A stretch of 64,000 nt of DNA from Chloroflexota bacterium. Its GTDB lineage: Bacteria > Chloroflexota > Dehalococcoidia > Lucifugimonadales > Lucifugimonadaceae. The position numbers were made by a program, and so were the translations under genes. Below, piece by piece: positions 50,306 through 60,600 of the stretch. The first letter of the stretch is position 1, and every line of letters starts with the position of its first letter. Location of the stretch: contig JAQCHZ010000004.1 in assembly GCA_027618835.1 (NCBI GenBank), positions 40,715 to 104,714 on the forward strand. Direction: 5' to 3'. The notes beneath the pieces were generated by a model that saw only the letters and a list, made by a program, of their open reading frames with translations, did no database searches and was not told the origin of the DNA.

Positions 50306-50348
50306 CCTGAATTGATCTATCGACTCTGAGAGTAACCGCTAACACTGC

Positions 50349-51422
50349 CTAGTCAGCCACTGGAGCCTCGGCGGATTCGCCGTCCAGCGGAATACCGGCT
50401 TCACTGCGGCGAATCTTAAGTTCGATCTCATCTCGGATGTCAATATTGTCCTTCAGGAACTTGCGGGAAGCTTCTCGACCCTGACCAAGACGTGTATCAC
50501 CATACGAGTAGAACGATCCGCTCTTAGTAATGACACCCTTTTCGTCGCCGAGATCGAGCAAACTACCTTCTTTGCTGATTCCTTCGTTGAACATAATCTC
50601 TATCTCAGCTTTGCGAAAAGGCGGAGCAACTTTGTTCTTCACGACACGTGCCCTAACGCGGTTACCCACGATGTCTTGGCCAACCTTGACGGCTTCAACC
50701 CGGCGTAGGTCGATACGAACCGAACTATAGAACTTGAGCGCACGACCACCAGGAGTTACCTCGGGGCTGCCGAAGACAACACCAACTTTTTCACGAAGCT
50801 GGTTGATGAAAATACAGACAGTATCTGTCTTGTGAATCATTCCAGTGAGTTTACGAAGAGCCTGCGACATTATTCGTGCTTGCAGACCAATCTGCATGTC
50901 ACCCATATTGCCTTCAAGCTCAGCTAAAGGGACAAGAGCAGCGACACTGTCGATGACGATGATATCGAGAGCACCACTGCGAATCAGGTATTCGGTGATC
51001 TCTAGAGCCTGCTCAGCGGAGTCTGGCTGTGAAATGAGGAGTTTGTCGACATCGACACCAATCAAGCGTGCGTACGCTGGATCCATGGCGTGTTCTACGT
51101 CGATGAAAGCGGCTTGTCCGCCGGCAGCTTGAGCTTCAGCTACTGCTGCCATCGCAAGAGTTGTCTTACCGGCCGATTCGGCACCGAAGATCTCAATGAT
51201 TCGACCACGAGGAAGCCCACCGACACCGAGTGCGAGATCGAGAGCGATCGATCCTGTAGATATAGTCTTGATGCCGTCGGATGCAGCAGATTCGCCCATG
51301 CGCATAACTGCACCACGGCCGAATGCTTTTTCGATCTGGGCAAGCGCTAGCTCGAGAGTTTTTTCTCTGTCGCCGCCTGATCCGTTAATTGAGACGGTTT
51401 TTGTTGCTTTCTTAACAGCCAA
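50349..51422 (-). CDS. recA: Recombinase A
   Basis: [28 protein letters not shown] and [10 protein letters not shown] motifs. Confidence 0.99.
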   Translation of the reverse strand: MAVKKATKTVSINGSGGDREKTLELALAQIEKAFGRGAVMRMGESAASDGIKTISTGSIALDLALGVGGLPRGRIIEIFGAESAGKTTLAMAAVAEAQAAGGQAAFIDVEHAMDPAYARLIGVDVDKLLISQPDSAEQALEITEYLIRSGALDIIVIDSVAALVPLAELEGNMGDMQIGLQARIMSQALRKLTGMIHKTDTVCIFINQLREKVGVVFGSPEVTPGGRALKFYSSVRIDLRRVEAVKVGQDIVGNRVRARVVKNKVAPPFRKAEIEIMFNEGISKEGSLLDLGDEKGVITKSGSFYSYGDTRLGQGREASRKFLKDNIDIRDEIELKIRRSEAGIPLDGESAEAPVAD

Positions 51423-51494
51423 CGTCGCTCTTCTTTCTGCGCTACCTAATGGCCGGACATGCAGTGCAATACGACCGCAATGTAAGGCAGATTA

Positions 51495-51506
51495 GCACAA
51501 GTGTTC
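51495..51506 (-). promoter_or_regulatory. LexA box of recA (one mismatch)
   Basis: Minus strand GAACacttGTGC, between TTGAAG and TAATCT promoter-like elements. Confidence 0.65.
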
Positions 51507-51579
51507 TGAAACTTCAACATCTCTATGGCACAACGATAACGTGATCCCATAGAGACGTGTTGGTGTCGGGAAATACGGA

Positions 51580-52467
51580 CTAGGAAGACTTCGTCTTAGC
51601 GAAGTCGATAAACGCCTGCGTGTGACGTCCGCGTACGCGTCCCGTTTCGTAAACGAGGCTGAGATCACGTTCAAGCGATAGACCGTCGATCCGTACAGCG
51701 GCAACTTTGTTTCCGTGGTTGAGAACAGCGTTGTTGGATACGAATCCAACGCCGAGGTTCTGTTCGACTGCTGCTACAACTGCCTGAGTGCTGCCAAGGA
51801 TCATAGAAGCCTTGTGCTCAGGAAGCTCAATTCCAGCTTTCGAAAGCGACTGCACGACAGTTTGCCAAGTACCTGATCCACCTTCTCGTTCGATGATGTT
51901 CTCATCTCGAAGTTTGTCGATGGTGATCGATCGCTGGTCAGCGAATTTGTGGTTGGAAGATACAGCGAGTACGACTTCGTCCTTTGCCATGGCGATCGTC
52001 GAATATCCGACTGGAGACGATGGCATTCCAGAAAGACCCAAATCTGCCTGACGGTCGCCAAGTGTTCGAACTACCTGTGCCGAGTCAGCGACGAGTACTT
52101 CGACAGAAATACCGGTGTGAGCCTGAGTAAATTCGGAGACGAGCGCAGGAACGAGATATTCGGCTGGCGTCGAGCTTGCAACGATTCGAATTACTCCGGT
52201 TAGCGCTGATGGGTCGGGCCCAAATCGCGAGACCAGTGCATCGAAATCCGAAATTGTTCGAATAGCGAACTGGATCGACTCTCGACCGGCATCGGTAAGT
52301 AGTGCCCCTGCGCCACGACGTTCAAGTAGGCGAGTACCCAACTCTCGTTCAAGACGCTGGATTTGTCGACTTAGACCAGGTTGGCTCATACCAAGCCGGA
52401 CTGCTGCTCTTGTGAAGCTTCCTGTCTCTGCGACAGCTTTGAGAGCTTCTAATTCTGCAATATTCAT
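51580..52467 (-). CDS. LysR family regulator (CysL-like)
   Basis: GSFTRAA...SQPGLSRQIQRLE, ASSTPAEY and REGGSGT motifs. Confidence 0.92.
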   Translation of the reverse strand: MNIAELEALKAVAETGSFTRAAVRLGMSQPGLSRQIQRLERELGTRLLERRGAGALLTDAGRESIQFAIRTISDFDALVSRFGPDPSALTGVIRIVASSTPAEYLVPALVSEFTQAHTGISVEVLVADSAQVVRTLGDRQADLGLSGMPSSPVGYSTIAMAKDEVVLAVSSNHKFADQRSITIDKLRDENIIEREGGSGTWQTVVQSLSKAGIELPEHKASMILGSTQAVVAAVEQNLGVGFVSNNAVLNHGNKVAAVRIDGLSLERDLSLVYETGRVRGRHTQAFIDFAKTKSS

Positions 52468-52796
52468 AGTTTGTGACTTCCGATAGCTGGATACCGGCTG
52501 TAAGACATAATCTCCGTACATGCGACCGGCACGTTAGCTGAAATTTAGCATTCGTGTCACTATTGGCCTTCTAATAATAACCCTGAATGGTGAAAATTTA
52601 GAGAAAAGTGACGAACATTCGCTAACACATAACCTCAAAATGAAGGAAAAAAGACTCAAATATTATCGAGTTCGAAGCGATGCAGCATTCAATCAGAAAC
52701 CAGTACAAGCTGGTCATACCGAATACTCGACTAGTTAAGTCTATCGATTAACGAATTAATTTCCAGTACAAACACTGTATAAAAATTGAACTGCGG

Positions 52797-54131
52797 CTAT
52801 GAAACGTTAGGACGGGCGCCTAGAGTTAGAGGGATCGCGATCTCAACGCCGTCTCTGAGGACTCCTACTACGATGTCATCGCCAGGAGCGGTATTGAGTG
52901 CCAGATAGCCGATCAAATTGTCCATTGAATCCATGCGAATGGAATTGATCGATACGATCACATCGCCGTCGTAGGTCGGCGGCGTATTGAATTGTGCAGC
53001 AGTCGAATCGCCTCTAATACCTGCTGAGTCAGCTGGTCCGTTTGTAGTCACGCTGTTTACGTATGCACCTACTACGTCGCCATCTAGCCCGGCATTTTCT
53101 CGGAGCACTAGATTAACTTCGCTGCCAGTGATTCCCATGAATGCGTACGTGTGTTCACCGAACTCTATTAGAGATGGAATTACCCGGCTTACGAGGTCGA
53201 CAGGCACTGCGAATCCAACCCCGGAGCTTTGACGAGTTTCGCTTATGATCTGTGTGTTGACTCCGATCACTGCACCGTCTTTGTCGAGCAGTGGTCCACC
53301 GGAGTTCCCTGGGTTTATCGAAGCATCAGTTTGAATTACTGCTGGAATGCTGTAGCGCGAGAAGCCACTTTCGAGCGTCCTGGTAACTGCACTGACAATT
53401 CCAGTCGTCATCGTGAATTCTTCGCCGAAGGGGTTGCCTAGGGCAATAGCAGTTTCACCGGGGCGAAGATCGGATGATGTACCGATCTTTATGGGGATCA
53501 AATCATACTCGGAATCGACGTCAATGAGCTTGATTACTGCTAAGTCGGCAGCGGGATCGAACGCCACAACGTCTGCTCGATATTCACGCCCGTTGAAGAA
53601 TTTGACGGTTACAAGATTTGCACCTTGAATCACGTGATAGTTGGTGACGATATGACCATCTTCATCCCACACGAATCCTGAACCTGAACCGACTCCCTGA
53701 ACGCTGGTAGTAACGATGAAAACGACTGACTGAACAGTGTCTTCATAGAGATTTGCTAGGTGATCTTCCTGCGCAGTGACAATTTCAGCAGGGGTCAGTT
53801 GAACTACTTCGGGTGCCGGTTCCGAAACTTCAGGAATCGCATCGCCGATCGAAGTGTCGTCTGGGCCACTGTCGAATGCTGCCTGAATCGGCTCGGTAGA
53901 GGAGTTGGCTGATTCGGTTGAGGATACTTCAGTGGCAGAACCGGTAGATTCTGTCGATGTCGGAATCACCGTGCTCGATGCGCCGTTGGATACCTGTTGG
54001 GTGCTTGCCTCTATTGCAGCAATTAAATTTTCTGCAGGTTCAACTGAACTCGAGCAGGCGACAGCTGCCACCAATGTGAGGGAGATGAGTCCACCAGCAA
54101 ACAGTTTTTTGAGATTGTTCAACGTGTTCAT
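52797..54131 (-). CDS. HtrA/DegP-family serine protease lipoprotein
   Basis: Lipobox-like AVAC, GSGSGF, VTNYHV, DLAV, DASINPGNSGGP and a C-terminal PDZ domain. Confidence 0.93.
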   Translation of the reverse strand: MNTLNNLKKLFAGGLISLTLVAAVACSSSVEPAENLIAAIEASTQQVSNGASSTVIPTSTESTGSATEVSSTESANSSTEPIQAAFDSGPDDTSIGDAIPEVSEPAPEVVQLTPAEIVTAQEDHLANLYEDTVQSVVFIVTTSVQGVGSGSGFVWDEDGHIVTNYHVIQGANLVTVKFFNGREYRADVVAFDPAADLAVIKLIDVDSEYDLIPIKIGTSSDLRPGETAIALGNPFGEEFTMTTGIVSAVTRTLESGFSRYSIPAVIQTDASINPGNSGGPLLDKDGAVIGVNTQIISETRQSSGVGFAVPVDLVSRVIPSLIEFGEHTYAFMGITGSEVNLVLRENAGLDGDVVGAYVNSVTTNGPADSAGIRGDSTAAQFNTPPTYDGDVIVSINSIRMDSMDNLIGYLALNTAPGDDIVVGVLRDGVEIAIPLTLGARPNVS

Positions 54132-54339
54132 GATTATTTTTATGCTCCGCCTAACCAAACGGTTAGCGTTGAATCACCTCGGGCCGTAAGGCCGCCCAGA
54201 TCGCCAGATGGGATGTAGAAATTAGTTGACGTTAAGCTTACGAGGTGAATGTGAAGTAACTTTGTGGGTCGAAATGAATCCGATCAGAGGATTCGGTGTA
54301 TCGAGAACGAAAATAGCCTTTCCAAGGTTGGTCAGGTAC

Positions 54340-56133
54340 CTATTTTTGCCAACCAGACGCAATGGGCAGGCGTCGATCTTTACCGAATGCCAATCCAGTA
54401 ATTTTCGGGCCAGGAGGTGACTGACGTCTTTTGTATTCGTTGATGTCGATCAAGCGAATGATTCTGCGAATGACAGCTTCGCTTGCGCCGTCTTTACCGA
54501 GAGTCTGCTCGTTTTGAATAATCAGATCGGGCGACATTCGTTCTTCGATATACATGTGGATCACCCGGTCGAGTTGATCGTAGGGCGGAAGCGAATCTTC
54601 ATCGAGCTGGTCAGGACGAAGTTCGGCGCTGGGCGGTTTTTCGATGATCGCAACAGGAATAGGCGATCCTGGCCCTTGTTTATTCCGGTGTTCGCAAAGT
54701 TCGTAGACAAGAGTCTTCGAAACGTCTTTGATCACAGCGTAGGCTCCTGCCATATCGCCATAAAGAGTCGCATATCCGGTTGCCATTTCAGACTTATTTC
54801 CGGTGGTGAGAATCAGCCATCCAAACTTGTTGGCGATCGACATCATCAGGTTGCCGCGTACTCGAGACTGCGTGTTCTCTTCCGATAACCCCGGCTCTGT
54901 GCCTTGGAATACTTCGCTAAGCATCACTTCAAATGCTGAGTGTCCAGGTTCGATAGGAATCTTCCAGAGTTCGACACCAAGACGAGAGCAAAGATCCTCT
55001 GCGTCGGTGATGCTGCCCGGTGATGAATATCTAGATGGCAGCGCTACCCCGACGACGTTCTCTGCGCCTATTGCATCTACCGCTATGGCAGTAACGATTG
55101 CTGAGTCGATTCCACCGGAAACTGCAATCGCAACCTTTTTGAAACCAGTCTTTTTTAGATAATCACGAGTGCCGAGAACAAGTGCTCGGTACACAGCGTC
55201 ATGTCGCTTTAGTCGGTGTATCGAAAGGTCTTGTAGCTTGGGTCGATTCGTTGAGGAGCCAATCGTTATGTCTATCGCAGAAGGCTGCCCAATCGCGTCA
55301 AGTTCCTCTTGAGATATAGCGAACGCCTGATGCTGAAGACGGGAACTCTCAATTGAGGCAGCATTGATATCTGCAACCAGCAACGATTCCTTGAACCGAG
55401 GCGAGGTTCCGAGAAGTCCACCGTCGGGCCCTGCGAGCATGCTGCCGCCGTCAAACACTAGCTCGTCCTGACCACCGACCTGGTTTGTGTACAGCGTGTA
55501 CACACGATTTCGTCGCGAGAGATCGGTAACGATGTCGACTCTGTCGCCCTGTTTGCCAGATTCATAAGGCGACGAGTTCAGGTTGATGATTATCTGAGCA
55601 CCGTTCGCACACTGGACTTCTGAAGGACCGACTTTCTTCCAGATGTCTTCACAAATATTGAAGCCGACCTTGATGCCATTAATCGAAAGAACCGGACATT
55701 CAGATCCGGGGGTGAAGTAGCGGCGCTCATCGAACACACCGTAGTTGGGGAGGTGAATTTTTCGATAGGTCGTTACGACTTTACGATTGTGAAGCACTGC
55801 CGCCGCGTTGAAGAGCTTCGTACCAGTCGGAGTCTCTTCTGAGTCAACGAATCCGACCATCGCAACTATGTCGCCAACTGACGCTGCAATTCGATTCAGC
55901 GCGGCTTTATTGGCAGCAATGAAGTTGTCGTAGAGCACAAGGTCTTCAGGTGGGTAACCCGTGATCGCAAGTTCAGGGAAGGCGACTAAATCGGCGCCTT
56001 GATCCTGAGCGAGGCCGATCCACTTTTCGATCAGCATCGCATTCCCGTCGATATCGCCGACGGTCGTATTAATCTGGGCGGCCGCAACTCGAAGAGTTCC
56101 GTTCGAACCCGAACTGCCGTTATCGGAAGTCAT
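54340..56133 (-). CDS. nadE: Glutamine-dependent NAD+ synthetase
   Basis: Nitrilase domain (FPEL, KIHLPNY, ICEDIW) plus SGGIDS, TGNKSE and PPSAEL motifs. Confidence 0.96.
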   Translation of the reverse strand: MTSDNGSSGSNGTLRVAAAQINTTVGDIDGNAMLIEKWIGLAQDQGADLVAFPELAITGYPPEDLVLYDNFIAANKAALNRIAASVGDIVAMVGFVDSEETPTGTKLFNAAAVLHNRKVVTTYRKIHLPNYGVFDERRYFTPGSECPVLSINGIKVGFNICEDIWKKVGPSEVQCANGAQIIINLNSSPYESGKQGDRVDIVTDLSRRNRVYTLYTNQVGGQDELVFDGGSMLAGPDGGLLGTSPRFKESLLVADINAASIESSRLQHQAFAISQEELDAIGQPSAIDITIGSSTNRPKLQDLSIHRLKRHDAVYRALVLGTRDYLKKTGFKKVAIAVSGGIDSAIVTAIAVDAIGAENVVGVALPSRYSSPGSITDAEDLCSRLGVELWKIPIEPGHSAFEVMLSEVFQGTEPGLSEENTQSRVRGNLMMSIANKFGWLILTTGNKSEMATGYATLYGDMAGAYAVIKDVSKTLVYELCEHRNKQGPGSPIPVAIIEKPPSAELRPDQLDEDSLPPYDQLDRVIHMYIEERMSPDLIIQNEQTLGKDGASEAVIRRIIRLIDINEYKRRQSPPGPKITGLAFGKDRRLPIASGWQK

Positions 56134-57653
56134 AACGATTCGATTCTACTGCGTTGATAGTCGTTGCTACCAGATAGCGCCATGATCGGAGGTCGCGCAT
56201 AGCCGCTCACGGTAGGCAATCTCGATGCACCAGTAAGGAATATGTCGATCTGACGAGCAGCCCGACGTCCGCTGGCGATAGCGTGAACTACCAGCGATTG
56301 ACCTCGCTGCATGTCTCCGCAAGCAAATACTTTTTCAAGGTTTGTTTGCAATTTACCGTTCGCCGCAACATTGCCACGAGCATCGTAATCAACGCCAAGT
56401 GCGTCGAGTAGACCATCGTGTTGCGGGTGGAGGAAGCCCATCGCGAGGAACACAGCCTCTGCTTCGATATTGAACTCGCTACCAGCGATTTCGTTCATGT
56501 TGAAGCGACCGGTCTCTTCGTCTTTGACCCACTCGACCCGAGCGCACTCAAGTCGTTTCAGATTTCCGTCATCATCGCCGACGAATCGCTTCGTCAGAAC
56601 GTTGTAATCACGGTCTCCACCTTCTTCGTGCGCACTTGATGTGCGGAAGATGGTCGGCCATTGTGGCCACGGGTTTTCTTCGATTCGAGTCTCGGATGGA
56701 CGAGGCATGATCTCCATTTGGATGATGTTTGCCGCACCTTGTCGGTGCGATGTGCCAAGACAGTCGGCACCAGTGTCACCACCACCGATGATTACGACGT
56801 TCTTGTCGCGTACGTTGATAGTTTCTTCAGGTGAAAATTCTTGTCCCTTGATCTTTCGGTTCTGCTGGGTAAGAAGCTCCATGGCGTAATGAACGCCTTT
56901 GAGTTCTCGACCTTCGACCGGAAGATCTCTTGGGACAGTGGAACCACCGGAAAGGCAAATAGCGTCGAACTTTTCGAGAAGGTCGTCGTGCGTTATGTCG
57001 ACACCTACGTCGGTGCTGACACGGAACTTCACGCCTTCGCCTCGAAGCTGGTTCACCCGACGGTCAATGACTTCTTTTTCGAGTTTGAACTCAGGAATGC
57101 CAAGAGCCAAAAGACCACCGATGTACTCGTTGCGCTCGTAGACAGTGACAGTGTGACCGGCACGTGCAAGTTGCTGTGCCGCGGCAAGACCTGCTGGTCC
57201 CGATCCGACAACGGCAACTTTCTTTCCGGTTTTGTTGGCGGCAGGTTCAGGTTTGATCCAACCTTCGTTCCAACCACGTTCAACGATCTGCTTTTCGATC
57301 ATCTCGATGGTCACTGGGTCGGAGTTCACGGAGAGTGTGCATGATGCCTCACATGGAGCAGGGCAGATGCGACCGGTGAATTCAGGGAAGTTGTTCGTAG
57401 CGTGCAGACGCTCAATCGCTTCTTCCCAATTGCCGTGATATACCAAGTCGTTGAAATCAGGAATCAAGTTTCCTAGAGGGCAACCACTGTTACAGAACGG
57501 CACGCCACAATCCATACAGCGGCTTGCCTGTTTGCGTGCGTCTGACTCGTCCCATTTCAGATAGACCTCTTGCCAGTCGCCAGTACGTTCTTTTGGGTCA
57601 CGTCGTGACGGAGTGCGACGGGCGGCTTCCATGAATCCAGTTACTTTACCCAC
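56130..57653 (-). CDS. gltD: Glutamate synthase small subunit
   Basis: RCMDCGVPFC, NNFPEFTGRICPAPCE and GGGDTGADC motifs. GTG start overlaps the gltB stop. Confidence 0.96.
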   Translation of the reverse strand: MGKVTGFMEAARRTPSRRDPKERTGDWQEVYLKWDESDARKQASRCMDCGVPFCNSGCPLGNLIPDFNDLVYHGNWEEAIERLHATNNFPEFTGRICPAPCEASCTLSVNSDPVTIEMIEKQIVERGWNEGWIKPEPAANKTGKKVAVVGSGPAGLAAAQQLARAGHTVTVYERNEYIGGLLALGIPEFKLEKEVIDRRVNQLRGEGVKFRVSTDVGVDITHDDLLEKFDAICLSGGSTVPRDLPVEGRELKGVHYAMELLTQQNRKIKGQEFSPEETINVRDKNVVIIGGGDTGADCLGTSHRQGAANIIQMEIMPRPSETRIEENPWPQWPTIFRTSSAHEEGGDRDYNVLTKRFVGDDDGNLKRLECARVEWVKDEETGRFNMNEIAGSEFNIEAEAVFLAMGFLHPQHDGLLDALGVDYDARGNVAANGKLQTNLEKVFACGDMQRGQSLVVHAIASGRRAARQIDIFLTGASRLPTVSGYARPPIMALSGSNDYQRSRIESL

Positions 57654-60600
57654 GGCTACCAACCCCTTCCATTGCGTCAGTTGTTTCAGACGAGGCTGCG
57701 CGGCCACGGAGAACTCGTGCATAGTCTCGTGGGAATACTTTCTTGAATTTCGTTATCGAGGTCGACCAGTCGGAGAGCAGTTCTGCTCCGAGCTTACTGC
57801 CGGTATACGTGACGTGGTTTTCGATCATCTCTTTAAGTTCAGCGTCGTCGTCTGAACCCGGTACAACGTCAATCAGATCAGCGATAGCGTCGTTGAAGTG
57901 AGTACTGAACGACCCGTCTTCGTCGATCATGTACGCCACACCACCACTCATACCTGCACCGAAGTTACGGCCAGCAGGTCCGAGAATGGCAACTCGACCA
58001 CCAGTCATGTACTCACAACCGTGATCGCCAATGCCTTCAACAACGGCAGTAGCTGCCGAGTTTCGGACAGCGAATCGCTCTCCGGCGAGTCCGTTTACAT
58101 ATGCCTCACCACCAGTCGAGCCGTAAAGCGCAACGTTACCGATGATGATGTTGTCTTTGGCTTCGTAGGAACTGTTCGCCGGTGGAGTGATAATTAATCG
58201 TCCGCCAGATAGTCCCTTACCGAAGTAGTCATTCGAATCGCCTTCGATCTTGAACGTGACGCCCTTCACAAGCCATGCGCCAAAGCTCTGACCTGCAGAA
58301 CCCTGGAACGTGAACTTGATAGAACCATCAGGCAATCCTGCTTCACCAGTCTTCTTTGCGATGACACCACTCAAAGTAGCGCCAACCGTTCGGTTGATGT
58401 TGGAGACAGGGAGAGTTGCCGAAACTTCGTTTCCGTAGTCGATCGCTGGTCGAGCGAGTTCGATAAGTTCGTTATCGAGTGCTTCGTCCAGACCGTGATC
58501 CTGCAAAATCTGCTGGTACGGGTGATCCTGTGGTAGAACCTCAGGCTTCATCAGAATTGGTGAAAGATCGAGTGTCTTCGCCTTCCAATGGTCGATGTCA
58601 GTGCGAGCCTTTAGTTTGTCGACTCGACCAATCATTTCGTTGACCGTTCGGAAGCCGAGTTTCGCCATTAGTTCGCGCAGGCCTTCGGCGAGGAACATGA
58701 AGTAGTTCACAACGGCGTCTGGAGTGCCAGAGAACTTCTTGCGAAGCTCTGGATCCTGAGTCGCAACACCAACTGAACAGGTGTTGAGGTGGCACTTGCG
58801 CAACATTATGCAACCCATCGAAATGAGAGCTCCTGTTGCAATGCCCCATTCTTCGGCGCCCAATAGGGCAGCGACTAGAACGTCGAGGGACGTCTTCATC
58901 TGGCCGTCAGTCTGAACAACGATTCGATCACGAAGACCGTTAGCAACCAGAACCTGCTGAGTTTCAGCAAGACCAAGTTCCCAAGGCAATCCCGCGTGGC
59001 GAATCGAGCTTAGAGGAGATGCGCCAGTACCACCGGAATCGCCTGAGATAAGAACAACGTCGCCCTTACCTTTAGCTACACCGGCAGCAATGATCCCAAC
59101 ACCAGCCACCGAAACGAGTTTCACGTGGACTCGGGCGCTGGGATTAACGCTCTTGAGGTCGTGGATCAGCTGGGCCAGATCCTCAATCGAGTAAATGTCA
59201 TGGTGCGGTGGAGGTGATATTAGCTCCACTCCGGGGGTTGTCTTCCTTATATAGGCGATGTAATCCGAAATCTTCCGACCCGGAATTTCTCCACCTTCAC
59301 CAGGCTTCGCTCCCTGGGCCATCTTGATCTGAAGATCCTTGGCGTTTGTCAGGTAGTTCGTTGTTACACCGAATCGACCTGAAGCAACCTGCTTCACTGC
59401 ACTTGAACGGTCGTCGCCGTTGTCGTCCAGTACGAAACGCTCCGGGTCTTCACCACCTTCACCAGTGTTCGAACGAGCACCGATACGGTTGGTTGCAATG
59501 GCAAGAGTTTCGTGAGCCTCTCGACTGATCGAGCCAAGTGAAATTGCTCCGGTTGCGAAACGCTCGGCAATTACCGAAGCTGGTTCCACTTCGTCGAGAG
59601 GGATCTCATCTCCGAAGATAGGTTCCAGCATGTTTCTGATCGTGATGTGTTCGTTGCCTTCGTCGTTAGACGCCGACTCGAATTGCCTGAACGTATCGGA
59701 ATCGTTACGCGTTACGGCGTCTTGCAAGAGAGAGATCGTGTCGGGATTCCACATGTGGCGTTCGCCGGTTGATCGCCAAAGGTAGAGACCACCGAGATCG
59801 AGCTTGAGGTTCGACGGAATGTTGTCCGGCGAGTAGGCCAGAGAGTGGTTGGCGAGTATGTCGAGAGCGATTTCGCTTGTGCCTATTCCGCTGATGCGTG
59901 AAACGGTCGAAGTGAAGTACTCAGCGACAAGTTCCTTCGATAGGCCTAGTGCCTCGAATACCTGTGCACCGATGTAGCCCTGAAGGGTAGAAATACCCAT
60001 CTTGGCCATCGTCTTCACAACGCCTTCTTCAATAGCTTCTCGGAAGTTTTCTTCTGCTATGTCCTGCGATGGAATCTTTTCTTCAGCAGTTGGGCGCAGT
60101 CGAAGACCGACGATGGTTTCGAACGCCAAATACGGGTTGATCGCTGAAGCGCCGTAGCCGAAGAGTGTTGCGAAGTGATGTACTTCCCGCGGCTCACCAG
60201 ACTCAACAATGATGTCGGCCTGTGCACGGTTGCGCTCTCGGATCAAGTGATGATGTACCGCACCTGTTGCGAGAAGCGACGGTACGTAAGAATTTTCGCT
60301 ATCGACGCTGCGGTCAGACAGGATCAACAGTGTGTAACCGTCTTCGATTGCCTGAGTTGCTTCTTCACGGATTCTAACGAGTGCAGCATCGAGCGCCTCT
60401 GCTCCACCTGAAACAGGGAAGAGAGTCGAGATCGTCTTCGCTTTCACACCGGGAACGGTCGAAGCCTTGATCTTTGCTAGTTCAGAGTTCCTTAGAACCG
60501 GGTGATCGATACGAAGCATGCGACAGTGCGCAGCAGTTGTTTCGAAGATGTTTGGACGTCGTCCAGCAGGCACAGCGCGCTGAGTAATTAGCTTTTCGCG

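Noticed and set aside
54220-54266. OmpR/CssR-type direct repeats upstream of the HtrA gene
   Set aside because: The repeats are too degenerate and irregularly spaced to support.
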